A stretch of DNA of 10,529 nt from Halalkalibacterium halodurans (GTDB lineage Bacteria > Bacillota > Bacilli > Bacillales > Bacillaceae_D): contig NZ_SNUY01000093.1 of the NCBI RefSeq assembly GCF_004376175.1, forward strand, positions 1-10,529, given 5' to 3'. The position numbers and the translations under genes were made by a program. Numbering within the stretch: the first letter of the stretch is position 1; every line of letters begins with the position of its first letter. This document shows, one piece after another, positions 6,286 to 10,529 of this stretch. A model generated the notes under the pieces. The model had not been told where the DNA came from. It made no database searches and saw only the letters and a program-made list of their open reading frames with translations.

Positions 6286-6365
6286 TTACGTTTGGCTAGT
6301 TATGTCCCGAGCTCCACTCAAAAAATCATTTTTTGAACATTCGTCATGGACGTAGTCTAACCCCT

Positions 6366-8687
6366 TTAGACGCCTAGGTGGACAACCACCTGTTTCACAT
6401 CAAGGATAGGGTGGAGGATGACAGAGCCATCGCTAATTTCAAAGTCAGCTCCCTCAACGCTAGACACCTCTGTGACATCGTGTAAATGTACGGTCCAAGG
6501 CTTGCTTCCATCAGATATATCAAATGTGACTGTAGTGGTGGAGCGAGTCGCAGATAAAGTGAGTGCTTCCTCTCCCTCTACTGTATAGATGGAAGTTGTC
6601 GCGTAATTTTCAAGGGCAAACACGTGGAATGCCACATTGTCTGTATAGTCATAGTCTGGACGGTCATCCACCGAGCCGATCGGGACGATCGAATTTGGGC
6701 GAACGAGTAAAGGGATGCTCAGATGGTCGTGATGTTCTTTCTTCCAGCTACCACCTTCCACGGCTTTTCCTGTTAAGAGATTTGTCCAACGACCATCAGG
6801 AACGTAGTAATGAGCGAGCCCTTCTTCATTGAAGATCGGAGCCACAAGCAACTGACCCCCGAGCATGTATTGGCGATCTAAAAACGCACACGTCGGATCG
6901 TCTTGGAATTCTAACACCATCGCACGCATGAGTGGGAGCCCGGTCGTTCTTGCTTCACATGCTTTCGCATAAAGGTATGGCATGAGGCGACATTTCCATT
7001 TTGTAAACTGACGAGGAACATCGGTGGCTTCCTCATCATAAACCCACGGGACTCGATACGATTTATTTCCATGCAGACGACTATGGCTCGATAATAAACC
7101 AAAGGCGGTCCAGCGCTTATAAAGGTCAGCAGTGGATTGGCTTTCAAAGCCGCCAATGTCGTGACTCCAGTAGCCAAAACCAGACATACCGAGAGATAAT
7201 CCCCCTCGTAAGCTTTCCGCCATAGACGAGTAAGTTGCGGCACAATCTCCACCCCAGTGAACAGGGAATTGTTGACTGCCAGCCGTGGCCGATCGAGCAA
7301 ATAAGACGGCTTCATGATTACCCTTTACTTGTTTCAAGACGTCAAACACCGTTTGATTATAGAGGAACGTGTAGTAATTATGCATTTTTTCTGGGTCAGA
7401 GCCATCGTGATACACGACATCGGTCGGTATCCGTTCACCGAAATCGGTTTTAAAACAATCAACGCCCATTTCTAGAAGCCTGCGAAGGTGGTCCTGATAC
7501 CAAATCCGAGCGTCAGGGTTCGTAAAGTCAACCACGCCCATCCCTGGTTGCCATAAATCCCATTGCCATACATCACCGTTTTCTTTTTTCAGTAAGTATC
7601 CATTTGCAGCCGCTTCTTGAAACAGCGGAGAGCGTTGCGCAATATAAGGGTTGATCCAGACAGATAGCTTCAAGCCTTTTTCTTTTAAGCGCTGTAGCAT
7701 TTTTTCTGGCTCTGGAAATACCCGCCGATCCCATTCAAAATTACACCATTCAAATTCCTTCATCCAGAAGCAATCAAAATGAAACACGTGAACAGGCAAG
7801 TCGCGTTCATTCATCCCATCAATAAATTGGGTGACAGTCGCTTCATCATAGTTCGTTGTAAACGATGTGGACAGCCAAAGACCGAACGACCAGGCCGGCG
7901 GCAATGCTGGTTTTCCCGTTAAATCGGTGTAGCTTTCAATGACTTTCTTCATCGACGGCCCAGCCATCACATAGTAATCAAGGCGATGACCTTCGACGCT
8001 AAACTGAGACTTCGACACACTTTCAGATCCTACTTCGAACGACACCCACTCCGGATGGTTCACGAACACGCCGTACCCTTTGTTAGAAAGATAAAAGGGA
8101 ACATTTTTATACGATTGCTCCGTGTTCGTACCGCCATCTTTATTCCAAATGTCGACGACTTGACCGTTTCGAATCAAAGGTGTAAACCGTTCGCCTAAAG
8201 CATAAATCATTTCATCTGGCTGGAGACTAAGCTGCTCACGCATATAAGCCTTTCCGTCCTGAGCGAGAATGTGGGCGATGCTTTTTGAACCACTCGATGT
8301 GATCGCTTTTCCTTGATAGGAAAAGGTAATGAGCCAATCACCTTCTTTATGGACGGTGACGGATAGGTCGCCACTTGTGAGGATTGCCGTCGTCTCCGTT
8401 TCTGTAAAACTTGCTTGATGCTTGTGATCATGTTTGGTAGTAAAAACCGGACCTCGTTTTCTCCCTCCTTTATGATGATCGATTTGCACGCGGATCATCT
8501 CTCGCCTAGGGGCGGAAAAAGTGATCTCCAGTAACGGGGTATCAAGCTGTCCATACCGATCCACAATCGGTTTCGGCGAGGCTAGAACCGTCATGGATGC
8601 TTCCCCTTGTATGATCTCATGAACTTGAACCGCTCCTATAATTGTATACTCTTGTCGTGTCAGCCACTGACCATCTGAAAATTTCAT
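6366..8687 (-). CDS. yicI: Glycoside hydrolase family 31 alpha-xylosidase (YicI-like)
   Basis: The 773-aa ORF is collinear with E. coli YicI as I recall that sequence. Shared blocks include MKFSDGQW..., LGERFT, GGTNTEQSYKNVPFY, HVFHFDCFWMKEFEWCNFEWD, WINPYI and SHSRLHG. It also has KTDFGE (nucleophile Asp415, codon 7443-7445) and HWGGD (acid/base Asp481, codon 7245-7247). ATG at 8687 is preceded by AAAGGTAGGGAACAAAGG. Confidence 0.96.
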   Translation of the reverse strand: MKFSDGQWLTRQEYTIIGAVQVHEIIQGEASMTVLASPKPIVDRYGQLDTPLLEITFSAPRREMIRVQIDHHKGGRKRGPVFTTKHDHKHQASFTETETTAILTSGDLSVTVHKEGDWLITFSYQGKAITSSGSKSIAHILAQDGKAYMREQLSLQPDEMIYALGERFTPLIRNGQVVDIWNKDGGTNTEQSYKNVPFYLSNKGYGVFVNHPEWVSFEVGSESVSKSQFSVEGHRLDYYVMAGPSMKKVIESYTDLTGKPALPPAWSFGLWLSTSFTTNYDEATVTQFIDGMNERDLPVHVFHFDCFWMKEFEWCNFEWDRRVFPEPEKMLQRLKEKGLKLSVWINPYIAQRSPLFQEAAANGYLLKKENGDVWQWDLWQPGMGVVDFTNPDARIWYQDHLRRLLEMGVDCFKTDFGERIPTDVVYHDGSDPEKMHNYYTFLYNQTVFDVLKQVKGNHEAVLFARSATAGSQQFPVHWGGDCAATYSSMAESLRGGLSLGMSGFGYWSHDIGGFESQSTADLYKRWTAFGLLSSHSRLHGNKSYRVPWVYDEEATDVPRQFTKWKCRLMPYLYAKACEARTTGLPLMRAMVLEFQDDPTCAFLDRQYMLGGQLLVAPIFNEEGLAHYYVPDGRWTNLLTGKAVEGGSWKKEHHDHLSIPLLVRPNSIVPIGSVDDRPDYDYTDNVAFHVFALENYATTSIYTVEGEEALTLSATRSTTTVTFDISDGSKPWTVHLHDVTEVSSVEGADFEISDGSVILHPILDVKQVVVHLGV

Positions 8688-8885
8688 CCTTTGTTCCCTA
8701 CCTTTCGAGTTCGTTTTTGTGTATAGAGAAGCTTCTGATCACATCATACTGATCTTTTTAGTAAGAATCTTAAATTTTTCTGCCCTTTTATATAACAATT
8801 CTGATAGATTATTAATAAGGAGCATTCCTGTAATGAAAGAATTTGAGGTTTGAAACAGAAAGAGCCCTCCTGTACGATACGAGGT

Positions 8886-8901
8886 ATCAGTAGCTACTGA
8901 T
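8886..8901. repeat. 16-bp perfect palindrome ATCAGTAGCTACTGAT (candidate operator)
   Basis: A perfect dyad read directly from the sequence. It lies about 200 bp upstream of the alpha-xylosidase start, between that gene and the transposase stop. It has no loop and no T tail, so it is not a terminator. Confidence 0.5.
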
Positions 8902-9065
8902 CCTTAATTAGATAGAGTCTCGGAATAAATAACAATTTTCCGGGTGAAATGAACCAAAATTACTGGAAATTGGATTGGAATGGCCTGCACACTCATTATT
9001 TTCATTGTATTTTCAAAAATGTGCATGACAAAGAAACCTATTGCCATTATTTTTTTAAAAATTGA

Positions 9066-10529
9066 CTAGGCGGCTTTAGGAAAGATGATTTCTTCAATAT
9101 TTAACTGCTCTTTCTGACTGCTGTACCAAGCATCGATGTGCTGACACATCATTATGGCGTATAGGCGAATGTACCACATTTTTGTTGACCGGTGGCGTCC
9201 AGATTCCAAGTGATAATCTATTTTTTCTCTTTTATTAGAACGTTCAACAGAGGTTCTTCGTTTGTATATAAGTTTCCACTTTTCAGAGGACCTTGGTGTT
9301 TTGGTAAATAATCGTAGATTATCCTCTCTGAATGTATGGAATGTCCGACCATATTTTGCTTTTGAACACGGTGATGAGCATGTATTTTTGGTACCGCAAG
9401 CAAGTGGACAACGCCATTTTTGCCGATTTTGAGATTTGTCAAACCCGTTGGGCTTCATCTCCTTCCCAATCGGACAGATTGGAACACCTGTTGGAGATAT
9501 TTGAATATCACTTTCTGTACTAAAGTTCTTCTTTGTTCGAACATTTAAATCGATGAAGGGTTCCACATTTTGATGTTCAAGTAGCTCATAAATGGCCTCA
9601 GCATCGTGCGCTGCATCAAGAAGAATTTTATCAATCGTGCCCAAGGTGTACCGTTGCGAAAATTCAATTGAACTAACCACTAGGCTGACTGAATCATGCC
9701 GGGAAGCAGGATGCAGCCGTGGATATAGCGGTAAGTCGTATTGGCTATCGCTAGTGGATATCATGTAGAGATGATATCCGTTGAAGTACTTTTCCTTAGA
9801 ACTATCCCAGCCTGAGTCGATGTCGGGTTGTGAATACTGGCGTGGGTGAGTACAGTTCGTTAGTCCTTGGGCACTACAATTACAGGTTGATTTACTTCTC
9901 GGGTACCTAGCTGTTTCAATTGGTGTCCCATCTCCAACTACACCTAGAGCTTCGGGATCCCCAAGAAGACCAAGTTTCGTAGAAACCGCTAAAAATTGGG
10001 ATTGAAAAAACTCAAATAATCGGTCTCCTGGCAGTTGTTTTTGTTTGGAACCATAACGCATTGCCCGATCAACGAGTTTACGAACAATTCCGGGATTCTT
10101 AGGTTCAGCTTTTTCACCCTTTTTAGGCTTCTTTTTCTTTTTTGACTTTTTCTTTTTAGGTTTGACCTTCGGCATAACATTCGGGCTTTCGAAGGCCCAT
10201 AAACGTTTGAAAAAGTCTTCAAATGTTCCAACACCTGGTGTGTCACCGGGTTCAAAACCGCTAAGAATTGCATACAACGGAACGCGACGAAGTTGATCAA
10301 CCCAATGAGTAATACCTTTTGTAGGTTGAACAAATAATGAAAGCAGATAAGAACGCATCATAGAAGCAGGGTCACGAGGCTTTGGTCCCTTTTTGGAATA
10401 GGAATCACCAAGCCATGTAGTTACCGAAGAGAGATCAGTTATCCAAAGCTTTTTAATTACTGGCCAATCCTTATTAACAAGGGTAAGAATGCCGCCAGAA
10501 TAATGGGCATTTAACTGATTTAGAACGAA
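9066..10529 (-). CDS. DDE transposase, IS4/IS5 superfamily (5' end lies beyond the window)
   Basis: The ORF track starts at ATG 10361. I translated 10362-10529 in the same frame and found no stop: FVLNQLNAHYSGGILTLVNKDWPVIKKLWITDLSSVTTWLGDSYSKKGPKPRDPAS-MMRSYLL. The gene is therefore truncated by the window edge. The candidate DDE triad is GDGT (Asp144, 9930-9932), LLDAAHDAEAIY (Asp249, 9615-9617) and Glu373. Glu373 lies within Y-x2-R-x3-E-x6-K (YKRRTSVERSNKREK, 9222-9266), the IS4-type YREK signature. Confidence 0.9.
   Translation of the reverse strand, partial: FVLNQLNAHYSGGILTLVNKDWPVIKKLWITDLSSVTTWLGDSYSKKGPKPRDPASMMRSYLLSLFVQPTKGITHWVDQLRRVPLYAILSGFEPGDTPGVGTFEDFFKRLWAFESPNVMPKVKPKKKKSKKKKKPKKGEKAEPKNPGIVRKLVDRAMRYGSKQKQLPGDRLFEFFQSQFLAVSTKLGLLGDPEALGVVGDGTPIETARYPRSKSTCNCSAQGLTNCTHPRQYSQPDIDSGWDSSKEKYFNGYHLYMISTSDSQYDLPLYPRLHPASRHDSVSLVVSSIEFSQRYTLGTIDKILLDAAHDAEAIYELLEHQNVEPFIDLNVRTKKNFSTESDIQISPTGVPICPIGKEMKPNGFDKSQNRQKWRCPLACGTKNTCSSPCSKAKYGRTFHTFREDNLRLFTKTPRSSEKWKLIYKRRTSVERSNKREKIDYHLESGRHRSTKMWYIRLYAIMMCQHIDAWYSSQKEQLNIEEIIFPKAA
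9066..10529 (-). mobile_element. Insertion sequence (partial; minimal extent equals the transposase gene, ends not determinable)
   Basis: It contains an apparently intact DDE transposase reading frame. The right end is outside the window. The left end should lie somewhere in 8900-9065, but no inverted-repeat partner is available to define it. Confidence 0.6.

Noticed and set aside
6117-6299. 60-aa ORF as a genuine protein-coding gene
   Set aside because: It has a TTG start and no RBS. The N-terminal half is a transposase fragment and the C-terminal third is the translation of a terminator hairpin. It is treated as a pseudogene relic instead.
6319-6335. AT-only palindrome CAAAAAAT-C-ATTTTTTG just downstream of the xylosidase stop, as its terminator
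   Set aside because: The stem is almost purely A:T and would be very unstable. The GC-containing hairpin at 6241-6285 with flanking A and T runs is a far better terminator.
6563-8431. ORFs 6563-6832(+), 6911-7315(-), 7235-7453(+), 7986-8198(+) and 8207-8431(-) within the alpha-xylosidase gene
   Set aside because: They are alternative-frame or antisense ORFs inside a 773-aa gene whose identity is unambiguous, and they have no independent support.
8727-8736. 10-bp palindrome AGAAGCTTCT in the xylosidase 5' UTR; possible extended -10 (TGtTATATA, minus strand, 8789-8797)
   Set aside because: The palindrome is short and could arise by chance. The -10 candidate has no acceptable -35 at 16-18 nt spacing. 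Neither is strong enough to list as a feature.
9218-10333. ORFs 9218-9442(-), 9332-9523(+) and 9989-10333(-, +1 frame, KRKSQKRKRSLKRVKK) overlapping the transposase
   Set aside because: They lie inside a continuous transposase frame. The 114-aa +1 ORF is kept open largely by the A-rich Lys tract, and it is not the frame reached by a -1 slip at the heptamer.
1-10529. CRISPR arrays, tRNA/rRNA genes, riboswitch-like leaders, long direct repeats
   Set aside because: I saw no regularly spaced direct repeats and no cloverleaf-capable or rRNA-like segments in the short intergenic regions. I recognise no long conserved leader upstream of any gene. A covariance-model scan would be needed to exclude small RNAs formally.

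Overview
The window looks like a chromosomal segment from an endospore-forming Firmicute (Bacillaceae-like), judged from Ger and SpoIIP proteins and GGAGG-type ribosome-binding sites. There are two parts. The left part (1-5966, + strand) is a sporulation/germination neighbourhood. It holds a germinant-receptor cluster in the unusual order GerC lipoprotein, GerB permease-like subunit, second GerB paralog, with no GerA-type A subunit gene in the window. A small convergent 2-TM ORF follows, then a cytoplasmic FrnE-like DsbA-family oxidoreductase with a C-terminal CX4C tail, then a SpoIIP homolog. The right part (5967-10529) looks accessory. It holds a short relic of an IS1182/IS5-like transposase running into a strong bidirectional terminator, and a solitary GH31 alpha-xylosidase (YicI-like, - strand). 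A co-directional IS4/IS5-superfamily DDE transposase gene stays open to the right window edge, so it is partial here. I see no rRNA, tRNA or CRISPR array. The most system-like oddity is the A-less C-B-B germinant-receptor module. The other findings are regulatory palindromes, IS-related structure and start-codon corrections. All family calls rest on my recognition of motifs in the supplied translations; no database search was run.
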